Source of the DNA: an uncultured virus (IMG/VR IMGVR_UViG_3300025674_000018)
Taxonomy: Duplodnaviria > Heunggongvirae > Uroviricota > Caudoviricetes > Kyanoviridae
Reading direction: 5' to 3' (one strand)
Virus record (IMG/VR): IMGVR_UViG_3300025674_000018
DNA length: 64,000 nucleotides
Shown here piece after piece: positions 48,375-59,715 of this stretch. The notes beneath the pieces were generated by a model. It saw only the letters and a list, made by a program, of their open reading frames with translations, was not told where the DNA came from and ran no database searches. The position numbers were made by a program, and so were the translations under genes. Numbering within the stretch: position 1 is the first letter of the stretch; each line of letters begins with the position of its first letter.

Positions 48375-49613
48375 ATGCCCATTACCCTTCGCCCTCACCA
48401 GCAGCGTGCTCTAGAGGCGATGGAATCATATAACAAAGGTCAGATCATTGTCCCCACTGGTGGTGGCAAGACCTTCATTATGATTCAAGATGCTATCAAT
48501 AAACTGCAGAAAGGTGCCACTATTGTAGTTGTCGCACCTCGTATTCTCCTCGCAAATCAACTCTGCGATGAGTTTATGCAGTTTGTTGATAAGAGCAACG
48601 TGCATGTGTGTCATGCTCATAGTGGTGAAACTCACTTCTACAGCAGCACCAAGAGCGACAACATTGCTCTCTTCGCTAACACTGCTCGCGCTGCAGGTGA
48701 GTCCTGCATTATCTTTACCACCTATCATTCTCTCCATCGTGTTGCTAACTCTGGCATTACTATTGACTGTGCTTACTTTGACGAAGCACATAACAGTGTT
48801 GCAAAGTCTTTCTTTGTTTCTACTGTTTGTGTTAGTGACATCGCTTCCTCTGCTTACTTCTTTACTGCTACTCCTCGCATTAGTCATCGTGACCGCCGTG
48901 GTATGAATAACGCAGATGTGTATGGCAACGTTATTTGTAGTGTGCCTGCACCTGAATTGATTGCTGGTGGTAGCATCATCCCTCCCACTATTGTGCCCTT
49001 CACTATCAACAAGAGCATCAGTAAGGATGAGGCACATGTGCATCACTCGCAATCTATTCAAGATGTGCTAGACAATCTCGACGAGACTCACGCTGCTAAA
49101 GTGTTGGTTGCTGTGCCATCTTCCAAGGTGCTCGGTAACATCATCGGTCACACTTCTATCCTCCAAGAGTTGAAAGAGCGTGGTTATGATGTGCTCCATG
49201 TTACCTCTAAGTTTGGTGCATATGTCAACGATAAGAAGGTCAATCGTGAAGTATTCTTCGACACGTTGACTGCATGGGGTAAGGAAGATGGACGCAAGTT
49301 TGTTATCTTCCACTACTCTATTCTCTCTGAAGGTATCAACGTCCCTGGTCTCACTCATTGCATCCTGCTGCGTAATCTTAACGTGGTTGAGATGGCACAA
49401 ACGATCGGACGTGTGATCCGTCTACATAAAGATGACGCTGCAGATTTGCAATCTGGTGCTCTCACTCCTGGTGCATTTGCTAACTATCGCAAACCCACTG
49501 GTTTCGTGACTGTGCCCGTGCATCAGAATTATGGTGCTCAAGTTGTCAAGCGCCTGCAGCGCGTTGTTGATGAGATCTTCATCAAAGGTGTCCCTCCTAC
49601 TGCACTCGTATGA
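48375..49613 (+). CDS. SF2 DEAH-box helicase (type III Res-like)
   Basis: LRPHQ, PTGGGKT, DEAH, TATP, LSEGINV, QTIGRVIR. Confidence 0.9.
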   Translation: MPITLRPHQQRALEAMESYNKGQIIVPTGGGKTFIMIQDAINKLQKGATIVVVAPRILLANQLCDEFMQFVDKSNVHVCHAHSGETHFYSSTKSDNIALFANTARAAGESCIIFTTYHSLHRVANSGITIDCAYFDEAHNSVAKSFFVSTVCVSDIASSAYFFTATPRISHRDRRGMNNADVYGNVICSVPAPELIAGGSIIPPTIVPFTINKSISKDEAHVHHSQSIQDVLDNLDETHAAKVLVAVPSSKVLGNIIGHTSILQELKERGYDVLHVTSKFGAYVNDKKVNREVFFDTLTAWGKEDGRKFVIFHYSILSEGINVPGLTHCILLRNLNVVEMAQTIGRVIRLHKDDAADLQSGALTPGAFANYRKPTGFVTVPVHQNYGAQVVKRLQRVVDEIFIKGVPPTALV

Positions 49614-50037
49614 TACCCATTATTATTCAAGAACCACTGCACTGGAAACCTATTGAGGTGCCTGCTGCTATTGTAAGGCAATGTGATGACTACTACCCAT
49701 ACATTGATGCATATAACATTAACGATCCAACTGAAGAATTGATGATGCTTGATTGCTACTGGCACAAGATGGGTTACTATGATACAAAGCATCCAATTCC
49801 TGTTTTACCCTATCATCCAATCGTAGAAGAGTTTGAATGAAACTATGGCGACTATGGTGTAAAGCACTCGGAGAAAAAGCATCCAATGATAAACGAGAAG
49901 CAGACAACATTGCTAGTATACGGTCTATTATATTTGTCACTTATTTCCTCACTAATTGTTTCATTGTTGCAGGAGTGATCAGACATTGGAATGATGTGCC
50001 AGTCGCCAAACCGTCCACTATTTGCACCGCACGGTGA
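49610..50037 (+). CDS. Two small hypothetical ORFs (49610-49840, 49837-50037)
   Basis: ATGA-coupled; the second has WCKALGEKAS...AGVIRHWN. Confidence 0.6.
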
Positions 50038-50076
50038 TTTTGTCTGTATATTAGTAAGGTCAAAGCAATTCGATCA

Positions 50077-50682
50077 ATGGCAACAAACGCACAACTCGCT
50101 GATCAACTCTTTCGCCTGATTCCTGCCGCTCTCAACCTCACCACCCAGCGTCTTTCTAAAGGTCTCAGCATCATCTCTGGCGGTCGTTATGGCGATCTCG
50201 ATGAGTATTTTGGTGAGAATACTGTTGACAAGACTAAACTGCTTGCCAACATCTTCAACCCTGCTCTAGAGGATGCTGCCAAGAATCTCGGAGTTGATTA
50301 CATCACCGAAGAGACTACTGGTTATGATGCTATCCTGTTGCAGGAAGAGTTGGAGAATAAACTGACACTGGGTCAGGATACTTCATCCTTCGCTACTGGC
50401 AACAACCACAGCAAGACTAAGGTTGATAAGGTCTTTGTCTGCAAAGTGCAGCAGGTTGGTAACATCTTCCCTCGTTGTTTCGCTGCTATTGTTGACCTCT
50501 CCCTCGCCACTAATGAGGCGACTGGGTGGACTGACAGCGTTACAAAGACTGGCAAGAATAACAACGGTTTCAGCAAACTGCAGATCCACAAAGATGATGC
50601 TGCTTGCATTACTGTGATCTATGGTAAAATCAGAAGCACCACCAAGTTTATCCACACCGAATATGAAACTCTCGCTCAATGA
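50077..50682 (+). CDS. Candidate PD-(D/E)xK endonuclease
   Basis: GYDAILLQEELENK (D...ExK); overlaps the methyltransferase start. Confidence 0.45.
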   Translation: MATNAQLADQLFRLIPAALNLTTQRLSKGLSIISGGRYGDLDEYFGENTVDKTKLLANIFNPALEDAAKNLGVDYITEETTGYDAILLQEELENKLTLGQDTSSFATGNNHSKTKVDKVFVCKVQQVGNIFPRCFAAIVDLSLATNEATGWTDSVTKTGKNNNGFSKLQIHKDDAACITVIYGKIRSTTKFIHTEYETLAQ

Positions 50683-51502
50683 TACTTACCTGATGAATTG
50701 CATCGATGGGATGCAACTCATGGATGAGGAGAGTGTGGATCTAGTGATCACCTCTCCTCCCTACGATGACCTGCGGACATACAATGACAGCAGCAAGTGG
50801 GACCATGAGGTATTCAAGAGGGTAGCAGATAGCATCGTCAGGGTATTGAAACCTGGCGGTGTTATCATGTGGAATGTCAACGACGCAACGGTAAAAGGTA
50901 GTGAAACTGGTAGTAGTTTTCGTCAGTGCCTATACTTTATGGATGCTCATGGTCTCCGTCTACATGATACTATGATCTATGAAAAGACAGGCACAGCATT
51001 TGCTTCTGGTCCTAATAGCGTGAGATATACTCAAATCTTTGAGTATTGTTTTATCCTCTCCAAGGGCAAACCTAAGACCATCAATCTTATCCAAGATAAG
51101 AAAAATGCATGGGCAGGTTATACTTCCTTCGGAAATGCTAAAACCAGGCGCAAGGATGGGACAATGCATGACCCAGGCAAGAAGAGCAAAGAAATCAGAG
51201 AATATGGTGTAAGGACCAATATTTGGAAGATTAAGAATAGCGGTGGGTTTGGACAATCATCCAAAGAGTCATACAAACACCCTGCAACCATGCCTGAGGA
51301 GTTAGCAAGAGGTCATATTATCACCTGGAGTGATAAGAATGATGTGGTGCTTGATCCTTTCATGGGTAGTGGCACAACTGCTCAGGTGTGTATAGAAGAG
51401 GGCAGGAAGTTTATTGGTTTTGAGATTGATCAAACTTACTGTGAAATGGCACAGAAACGTGCTAAACTTTGCAAACCTCACCTATTGACAATTCTCACAT
51501 GA
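50663..51502 (+). CDS. Beta-class amino DNA methyltransferase (probably N4-cytosine)
   Basis: VITSPPY (motif IV) before HPATMP and VLDPFMGSGTT (motif I). Confidence 0.92.
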   Translation: MKLSLNDTYLMNCIDGMQLMDEESVDLVITSPPYDDLRTYNDSSKWDHEVFKRVADSIVRVLKPGGVIMWNVNDATVKGSETGSSFRQCLYFMDAHGLRLHDTMIYEKTGTAFASGPNSVRYTQIFEYCFILSKGKPKTINLIQDKKNAWAGYTSFGNAKTRRKDGTMHDPGKKSKEIREYGVRTNIWKIKNSGGFGQSSKESYKHPATMPEELARGHIITWSDKNDVVLDPFMGSGTTAQVCIEEGRKFIGFEIDQTYCEMAQKRAKLCKPHLLTILT

Positions 51503-52123
51503 TTCATGAGGCACCCGATGGGTATCATTACAGCGTCGCTGAGTTTAACAAGACTTACGATGTTGTGTGGTTACATCATCACTATCCCTACGTTTATACC
51601 ACTGAACCAGTTAAAACTGTGTGGGGATTTATCAAGAAGAAAACAGGAGCAATTCATTCTCCTATAAATGCAAAGAAAGTAGGAAGTGAGATTGATAAAG
51701 ATCTCACCACACCATTCACCGCAATGCCACCACCATGCTAAGAAATACTGCCATCGTTATACCTATCAGCGACAAAGCAAGGAATGATCTTGCTCAGTAT
51801 CTGAATAACAAAAACCAAGTGAGAGTAGAGCACAAGAAGGGCAATCGCATCTTCGTTAGTGCATGGGACAACCCAGATTATTGGTTTTGGGTTGATGCTC
51901 CACAAGATGATAATTGGTTGATTGAAGAAAACAAATGACACACTTCACACGCACATCAGATGCTCCATATGATCGACATCGTTATAAAGTATGGTGTGTC
52001 GATGGTAGTGTCAAGATTCTAGATGATTATGAAGATGTGATGAGAGCATGGTGGAACTTCCCACAACATCTATCACATGTTGAGGTGCTTGATGCTAAGA
52101 CAAAAGGAGGAGGATTCAAGTGA
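51499..52123 (+). CDS. Three small hypothetical ORFs (51499-51741, 51735-51938, 51935-52123)
   Basis: Coupled overlapping ORFs. Confidence 0.6.
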
Positions 52124-52641
52124 AAGATCTAATTAAGGTCATCGATGATAGATACCCTACCTGGATGCTTTCAGAGGCATCACAGCGCCTTCTAGAGTAT
52201 CCTGTGCGCTTCACAAACTCACCCTATGGTAACTATCAGAAGAGCAGATTCTTCGGGACGATGATGGTATCCAATGGAAGATGGGTTGGTCCTGAGTATG
52301 ATTGGTTTGTTGAATATCTCAACGCTGATGTTACTCATGATGATGATCTGTTGCCTGGATATAAAGTGCAACGCACACTGTTAAACTTTCAAAGTGTTGG
52401 ACTATTGTCTGAAGAGCATACTGATGCTGATGAGATTGGTCCAATGAGTGTAGTTTACATGGTGGAGGGTGTTGATGGTGATTTGATCTTTGCAGATCAT
52501 TCTACTGAATCACTGCACAGGATACCATTCAAAGAGAATAGAATGGTGATATTTCCATCCCATTTGCATCACTGGGGCAATCCACCATCTAGAGGAGTTA
52601 GACTCACTCTAGGACTAATCTGTGTCCCACCTGAAATCTGA
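52120..52641 (+). CDS. 2OG-Fe(II) oxygenase
   Basis: HTD, NRMVIFPSHLHH, RLTL. Confidence 0.75.
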   Translation: MKDLIKVIDDRYPTWMLSEASQRLLEYPVRFTNSPYGNYQKSRFFGTMMVSNGRWVGPEYDWFVEYLNADVTHDDDLLPGYKVQRTLLNFQSVGLLSEEHTDADEIGPMSVVYMVEGVDGDLIFADHSTESLHRIPFKENRMVIFPSHLHHWGNPPSRGVRLTLGLICVPPEI

Positions 52642-52710
52642 AATCATCCTTAAGTTTCGGTGCTGAAGTCCATACATAGAGTAGACTGTGTTTCTGTTTG
52701 AAGACAACCA

Positions 52711-55700
52711 ATGATCGATCTCGAATCAATGTCACACGAAGATAAGGAGGCATTAGCAGAAGATTGTGAGGATTATTTGTTGCACCGACACATCCCTCTC
52801 CGCTCACATTCGTATGATAATATAATCATACATGCATTGCGTGAGGGTTATCAACTCAGTCGATCGCCCCTCTATCGTTGATTGTGCCACTCTACAAACC
52901 TCCACACTCCAAGCGCCCAGTGACCCGCTGTGCCCTACAATACTCAGGTAACAAACAAACAAAGCAACGTGACTGACTTCATTTGTGCATACTTCGGTGG
53001 TGATCAGTCTGGTATCACCTGGACTATCACTGCCCGTGGGTTTGCATCTGCTAGGCAGGCAGAAAAGCACGGTTTGTTTATGATGCCAACTGCAGGAGTC
53101 TTCGGTTTCGCTGTTATCAAAGAGACCGAAGATTCTTGGCAAGTTATTGAGAGCAACTCCATGTTGCCTGACAATGGTTACTCCATCGGTCCCGATGGAA
53201 TTAACTCTTTCAAAGTTACAAATGTCCCTCAACTGCAACTTGTTTGATTATGACTGACGCTTACACCTTCCACCTGGAATCTGAAGTGAATAAAAAGTAT
53301 GCTGAGCAACGTCGCCAACGTCTTGATGAGGCGATCGGTGATTATCTCAACTCCGATGATACAAATCCTCGGCAATGTTATGATGAGTTAGTGTCTGCTA
53401 TTGAGGATACGATTGCATACCATGATCTACATCGATCACGCGCACAGACTCTACTGAATCTAATCACGGATGGTAGTGTGCCACTTGAATAACCTGCACA
53501 CCAAATGAGCACAGGCACCAGATCTGTGCAAATATAACAAGGTCAAAGCAATTCGACATGACTACCAAAGCACAAGCACTTCAGCAGTTTAAGTATAACT
53601 GGAAAGTCATCACTATTGCACATCCCAAACTCAAGAATGATGTAGTTTGGAAGCGCACTGAATGGAATGACTTTACTGATCAACTGTGCAAAGAGGGTTA
53701 TATCACTCTCTCACAATATGAGCGTTGGAGCAATCCTTTCTGATGATCACTTCTGCAGCAAATGATAGTGACTGGATCGACTTTTGGGAGAATCCAGATC
53801 TAACTCTACAAGATGAAGATCTCGATGAAGACATCTTCATCACAGAGTTAAATAAGTGTGATCTCGCTATTCTTCGCGGTCTCGTTGAGAATACTCCACA
53901 CACTGATTTGCTTCAAAAAATCATTCAACTTCAACATTCTAAATGATCATGGATTACGACATCAACGAGAAGGAAACCAGCATCGAAAACATGGGTGAAA
54001 CCTATTTCCTTCGCTTGACTGATCTTGTTAAGGAAGGAAAGAATGAGGACGCCATTGCTGTATGTGAAGAGTGGATTGTTGATGGTGTTGATCCTCAAGA
54101 TGGCGAGTATGAATGGACTTTCATGAATAATCTTTATGTCTGATACATCACAAACATTAGAAACAATTCTTGCACAAATTGATGAGATTGAGAAGCAAAT
54201 TGATGATCCACATGTAACATTCAAGGATTTCTTGAGGAGGCATCTTATCTCATTGCGTGTTGAGTTTGAGAGGCAATTATCTCTCGCAAACAACGATCAC
54301 AAGAAACTCGATCAATCTTACTGAATCATGCTAAGTGTTGCTTTCACTGTCATAGGTTTCGCCTTGGGTTATAAGATCGGTTTTTTGTATGGTTTCAGGT
54401 GCGGGCGGGATGATCAGGTCGTGCTCGCTAGAATCATCGAAAAAGAGCGATCTGAGGCAAGACAGGGACAGGGATCTCAGGATCAGCACCCCTGGGATTG
54501 AGCAGCATACCACCAGCAGCACCCAAACTAGGGTAGTGTGCCAATCCAACAACCTGCACACAAAATGGGCACAGGCACCCGATCTGTGCAAATATAACAA
54601 GGTCAAAGAAACGAGAGCAAATGCAACTCACCTCCAAAGATGGCAACATGGTTGTTGACTTCTATCCCGTCAAATATTCTGATGGCACTATCAGCAAACA
54701 GATGAAACTCAAGATTGTTACTTTCATGGGATCTGGTCAGTCTAAGCGTTACATTCGCAACCGCGAGTTTCAGCGTGAAGTAGATTCTCGCGTTGAGGGT
54801 TATGGTTATCAAGTGACCGACATGCACACTGATGCACAACTCTTCAACAGCGGACTTGCGCTCGCTTGCTGATATAAATTACTTGAAATCATTCTTTCAC
54901 TAGAATAATGGCAAAACTCACAATCGACATCAACAACTACATTCTCGACAACTTCGATGATATCCCTGAGGATGATGTGCCGTTGATTGCAGAATACATC
55001 TCTCGCAATTTCGATTATACTAATCTCTACGATCAACTGGATGATTGTATTGATAATGCAAAGAAAGATCTGTGTGAGAGTATTCTTCCATTCGATGATT
55101 TGAATGAGGATGATGAGCGAATCATTGCAGCATACTTTCAACATAATGATGCCAGTTGACGTAGTGGCACACTGATGCCCCCAGATCGCCCGATGCCGTG
55201 CTTATAATGGTAGGACACCAAACAAAGCAAATGACTCACTCTCCTTCTTTCTCCATCACTGGCAAGCGTATCATGATCGACAACGAAACTGGCAAGTTCT
55301 TTGTCTCTCTCGCTGAGGATAAGGACTTTCAGAGTGCAATCGAAGGTCTCTACGATTTCGTGATTGATACTAACGCTGATGCAGATATGGCATACGATTG
55401 GGTATGCGATCAGTGTGACATTCAGACCTTCGTTGCTGATACTTACGCCTGGGACATGTTTTACAACGTGTGGGAGCAGGCAGCGGCATGATGCCCAAAT
55501 ACGACGCAAACTGGTTTTCTAATTACAACAACGCAATGCAAAACGTTTACACCGATTACATTCAAGAGAAGGGATTCACCGTCGCTGAGTGTTACCGACC
55601 TGCTGCAAAACAGCAGTTTCCTAAGACTATTCATGGTCGCACTTTCTTCACTGAAGAAGAATATAATGAGGCAATGGCAGACTTTCTGAATGGCATGTGA

Positions 55701-57546
55701 CAGTCAGACAACCTGCACACAAAATGAGCACAGGCACCTGATCTGTGCAAATATACTCTCACAACAAACAAAACGAATGACCAACCCCATCTCCATTGAT
55801 TACACCAAGCGCCTGGATACTGTCGCCTATTGTGAAGATATCTGGATCGAGGAAGATTCTATCTGGGTGGGTGAGAATCGTCTCGCTGCTTTCTCTATCA
55901 CTGCAGATTACTCTGAGGATGAGGGAAACTATCGTGTAAATGCACGTCGTCGTCAAGATCTTGCTGATGGCAATACTGTGTGGATCTATCCGCGCATTGC
56001 GGGATTCGATACTGTTGCCGAGTGCAAAGATTTCATCGTTGAGTATATCAACACCGCGCCATGTGTTGCTATCTTCAATGATCAACATGTGAAGGCACTG
56101 GATGCACTGATCGCATGACAACAGTGATACTTGGTGCCCTCATCATCCTCTGGTTTTTCACACCTCTCAATAAATGATTTCAAACTCAATGTTTAACTCT
56201 GCACTCAAAACTCTTCCTCAATTCATTACATCCACTGATGCAGATTGGGGTCAGGTTTATGACTACATGGAGAGCATGTGTGGTGATCTGAAAGATTATC
56301 ACTGGGAAGAAGTTGCCTCTGTCTATCGTCAATTCATCAACGATTCACGTTACTGATTTACATCATGAGATTCGTACTCGCTGGTTTCGTTCTTGTCATT
56401 GGTGGCATGATTGGTGTCTCCGCTATTGATTCAGTCAACAAAATGCAGGACAGTAAGATGGAGCGTTTTTGCAAACAAATCCCTGTAGGTGCATCCTATG
56501 ATGACGTTTGCGCGAGGTTTAGAAAGTAAAATTGTGCCAGTTGGCACACTGTCCACTTTTCTGGCACAGACCCCCAAAATGCCCTATATTCAATGTCGTG
56601 GGGGGGATCGCACCTTCCACATTCACTCTAACTCCAAAACCATGCGTAAGATTGAAAAGCAAATGAATCAGGCAATCGCTGATTCTATCAACTGGCAATC
56701 TGGTAACACTTCTGTGCAATTTGATGAGCAAGATAATGTGTCTCGTGTATATCTGCACGGCAATCATATCGCCACTGTGAGTGATGATTGTGTGCAACTG
56801 TTTGATGGTGGTTGGCAGTCTGTGACCACTAAATCACGCCTCAATGCTATCTGCGACGCTAATGCAATCGCTGGCGAAGGTGTATTTCAAAAGGATCATG
56901 TTTGGTATGTGCGTCAGTATAACAACAGCACTCAATCTTTCGAGGTTGTGCCATTCTATTCTGGTCTGAATCTTGGTGAGTCTGCTCTTCCTCTTGCTGC
57001 CTGATTAAATGGCACGACGTAAGTATCTGACCTTCAAATCACCCAACAAAATGAAAGTCATTGGTCTAATCTTCATTGTTTCTTTCTTCATCTTCCCTGG
57101 TGTAAGATATAACACAGGCGAAGCACTTCACCTCACTGCTGATCTCATTCAACGCACCACACGATGACACAAACTGTCCGCATTGAAGTTGAAACCTACG
57201 ACGAATGTCGCACTATTTGGTATGAAAAGACTCGCCTAAAGAATCCCACTGATGTAATTTGCAAACGTGTAGGTGAGCAACTCTCAGGATTAAATCTTCA
57301 CCGCGTTACTGTTACTCTCGCCCCTGCTACTGTTTAACAACAATGCATTTCCAAGTTACTGCAATCGAGTTTGACTTTGAAGATGATAGTTTTCCTGAAG
57401 TAGATTCAGACTATCAAGAGAAGGTAACTGATGAAGCAATCGGTGAAATCTGGGAGGCAGATGATGGTGATGATCTAATCGAAGAGATCACAGCAGCAAC
57501 GGGTTGGTGTATTAAATCCATTGACTATCGTCATGTGCTCGTATAA
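52711..57546 (+). CDS. Array of about 20 small early hypothetical ORFs (52711-52881, 52969-53247, 53244-53492, 53558-53743, 53743-53946, 53943-54143, 54136-54324, 54328-54501, 54621-54872, 54908-55159, 55231-55491, 55470-55700, 55777-56118, 56115-56177, 56174-56356, 56365-56529, 56642-57004, 57009-57167, 57164-57337, 57343-57546)
   Basis: All on the + strand, tightly packed behind repeated promoter cassettes; several read manually and absent from the track. Confidence 0.6.
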
Positions 57547-57572
57547 AATAGTATTACACAACTCCGCCCCAA

Positions 57573-58196
57573 ATGACTAACTTATCTGACAATCTAGAGG
57601 ATACAGTAACACAGGAGATTTATGGTCTTTTTCCACAACCTGTAGGACGATATGCTCTCAAAGATTATCCTGCCCTCCGAAATGAAATCTACACTTACAT
57701 CAACAAAGTTAAGTTAGTTGATGAAACTGGAAGAGAGTCAATCTCTCATAATGTAAAACAAATTGGATCACGCAATGAGTGTATTGAGCAATCCCCATTA
57801 CTGTCCCAACAGTTAATCGAAATTGCTAATCTTTTCAATACTCAGACATACAATTATGATGTCAATCTTGCCATCAGTGAAGCATACTTAGAGATGGCAG
57901 GTGAAGGAGCATTGTATGCACCACATGAGCACTCTAATTGTTTGTATTCTGCCACTGTTTTAATTAACTACGAGAAAGGACATGCACCTGTAAAGTTTAG
58001 ACGTAATGTCACATCAAACTATTACCCAGTCATGCAATTTCCATCTAAAGGTTACTCTCCCTATAATCTTACGGAAGCAACAACACCTATGGAAGAAGGT
58101 GATGTTATCATCTATCCAAGCATGATTACACATGGTTATGAAGGCAATGCTACGCCTAATCGTATCACTCTCACTGTTAACTTCGTGCCCATCTAA
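57573..58196 (+). CDS. 2OG-Fe(II) oxygenase (TIGR02466-like)
   Basis: LFPQPV, HEH, YPSMITH, RITLTVN. Confidence 0.82.
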   Translation: MTNLSDNLEDTVTQEIYGLFPQPVGRYALKDYPALRNEIYTYINKVKLVDETGRESISHNVKQIGSRNECIEQSPLLSQQLIEIANLFNTQTYNYDVNLAISEAYLEMAGEGALYAPHEHSNCLYSATVLINYEKGHAPVKFRRNVTSNYYPVMQFPSKGYSPYNLTEATTPMEEGDVIIYPSMITHGYEGNATPNRITLTVNFVPI

Positions 58197-58214
58197 ATGA
58201 TACTCTCCGCGTAG

Positions 58215-58595
58215 TTTTCCACAGGATTGTTGATAACTTGTGGAAAAACTTGTGGAAAACTAAATACCTTAAAAAACATATGTTTGTGTTAAATACTCCG
58301 AGAAATGTGTGATCTTTTAGTCACCTCGGACTGTAACACATCGACTCAGATCTCGCAAGATCTCAGAGGACACTACACAAACCCTCACAGACCACTTGAC
58401 AATAACTCAGATAAGACTTATCCTCTTATTTGTAACTCACTCAAACCCTCTCAAACATAACTAATGGGACGCACTTACAAACGCAATGATCCTTACAACT
58501 CTCGGAGACCTAAGAGTATTCGAGAGAAAAGACAGTGGGGTAATAGTAAGAAATCCTCCACCAATTATGATGACTTTTCCACAGACTTTTCCACA
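58215..58595. repeat. DnaA-box cluster (TTTTCCACA)
   Basis: Copies at 58215(+), 58239(-), 58251(-), 58575(+), 58587(+); variant TTATCAACA at 58228(-). Confidence 0.8.
58396..58424 (+). promoter_or_regulatory. Sigma70-type promoter
   Basis: TTGACA-17 nt-TATCCT. Confidence 0.65.
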
Positions 58596-59430
58596 GGTAA
58601 GTATCAACGAAAGAATTCAGTTGATGATTATGCCCAGGGAGACTACGAGTCATGATTGATCCTAACACCGATTGGATTGACGAGTTTCTGAGTGAAGAAG
58701 CAGAGGACGATCTAGACCTCTATGATGATAGTGAAGGACCTGAATTCTCTGAGGATATTAGAGGAGACTGGTCGTGAGTAATACTATCCAACTCCAAACA
58801 ATTCCTCCTGTTGATATAAGAGTATGGGAGAAGAGTAGGAAATACTTTTGGGCATACAATTACGATGGTTGTCCTAAGTATGGTCCATTCAAATCACAGC
58901 AACTCGCTATCAATGATGCAAAGCAATTCTCAGGCGTATGAGTGACACCTACGGCAGCAAGATCGCCTCTATTCCTAATAGTCTAGAGGCACTCCTTGAT
59001 CTATACGATGAGGGACAATTACCACCACAAGAGCAAGTCGAATTAGCACAACAGTTAATAGACCTGGACCTTGATGATTACCTCACACAGTATCAACAAT
59101 TCTGTGACTATTGCATTGCTGAAGGGTTATGCTATGATGTGCATGTTGGGGACTATTAGTTACTCTGAGAGCAGTGTATTCTTGGGGGTGATGGTGTATA
59201 TTAAAAACGCATAAGTCCCTAACCTACAAAAGTATAGCATCGACCTCGATGTATCTCCCCATATTATCAAAATGAAACTACGGGTCCCCCCCTCTGAAAA
59301 AAATTTTGAGGGTATAAAAACTCCCCTCAGAGTCACGCCAAGAGAGCAAATAGAATATATTTCAATAACCCTCTCAGAGACTCTCAGGATCGCCTACAAG
59401 GCACTTGTAACACGCTTCAGGGGTAAGTAA
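58464..59430 (+). CDS. Small hypothetical ORFs (58464-58655, 58652-58777, 58774-58941, 58938-59159, 59272-59430)
   Basis: The first four are chained by ATGA/GTGA overlaps. Confidence 0.55.
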
Positions 59431-59504
59431 CCCACTCATACAGTATTTGCAATTTTGTCAAATATTGTTTTGTCTACATACACATGACAGGTATTGCAAA
59501 ACCT

Positions 59505-59675
59505 ATGAGTAAAAGATACACAATTCCAGTGGAAGAAGATGAGCATGGAGAATGTTTCATCACCCTACCCGAAGAGTTACTCGACGAGACTGGATGGGTC
59601 GAAGGAGATCTCTTAGAATACACAGAGGAGATCGATGGGTCGATCTACATTAAGAAGGTTGAGGAATCTGAGTAA
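59505..59675 (+). CDS. AbrB/MazE/SpoVT-family DNA-binding protein
   Basis: ITLPEELLDETGWVEGDLLEY..DGSIYIKK. Confidence 0.75.
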   Translation: MSKRYTIPVEEDEHGECFITLPEELLDETGWVEGDLLEYTEEIDGSIYIKKVEESE

Positions 59676-59715
59676 TTTCAAAAACCGCGAAAAACCAAAA
59701 CCGCGTTGAGCATCT

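Larger units (their letters stand above)
48292..56590 (+). repeat. Dispersed early-promoter cassettes starting near 48292, 49996, 52884, 53478, 54538, 55149, 55697 and 56534
   Basis: GTG(C/A)CA...(T/G)nCAC box, GC-rich spacer or hairpin, -10-like element, A/C-rich leader. Confidence 0.85.

Noticed and set aside
54330..54530. Possible ncRNA, or the track ORFs 54331-54606 and 54389-54658
   Set aside because: Better explained by a 57-aa membrane ORF at 54328-54501 followed by a promoter cassette
53478..55776. CRISPR array
   Set aside because: Repeats are about 1.1 kb apart with genes between them
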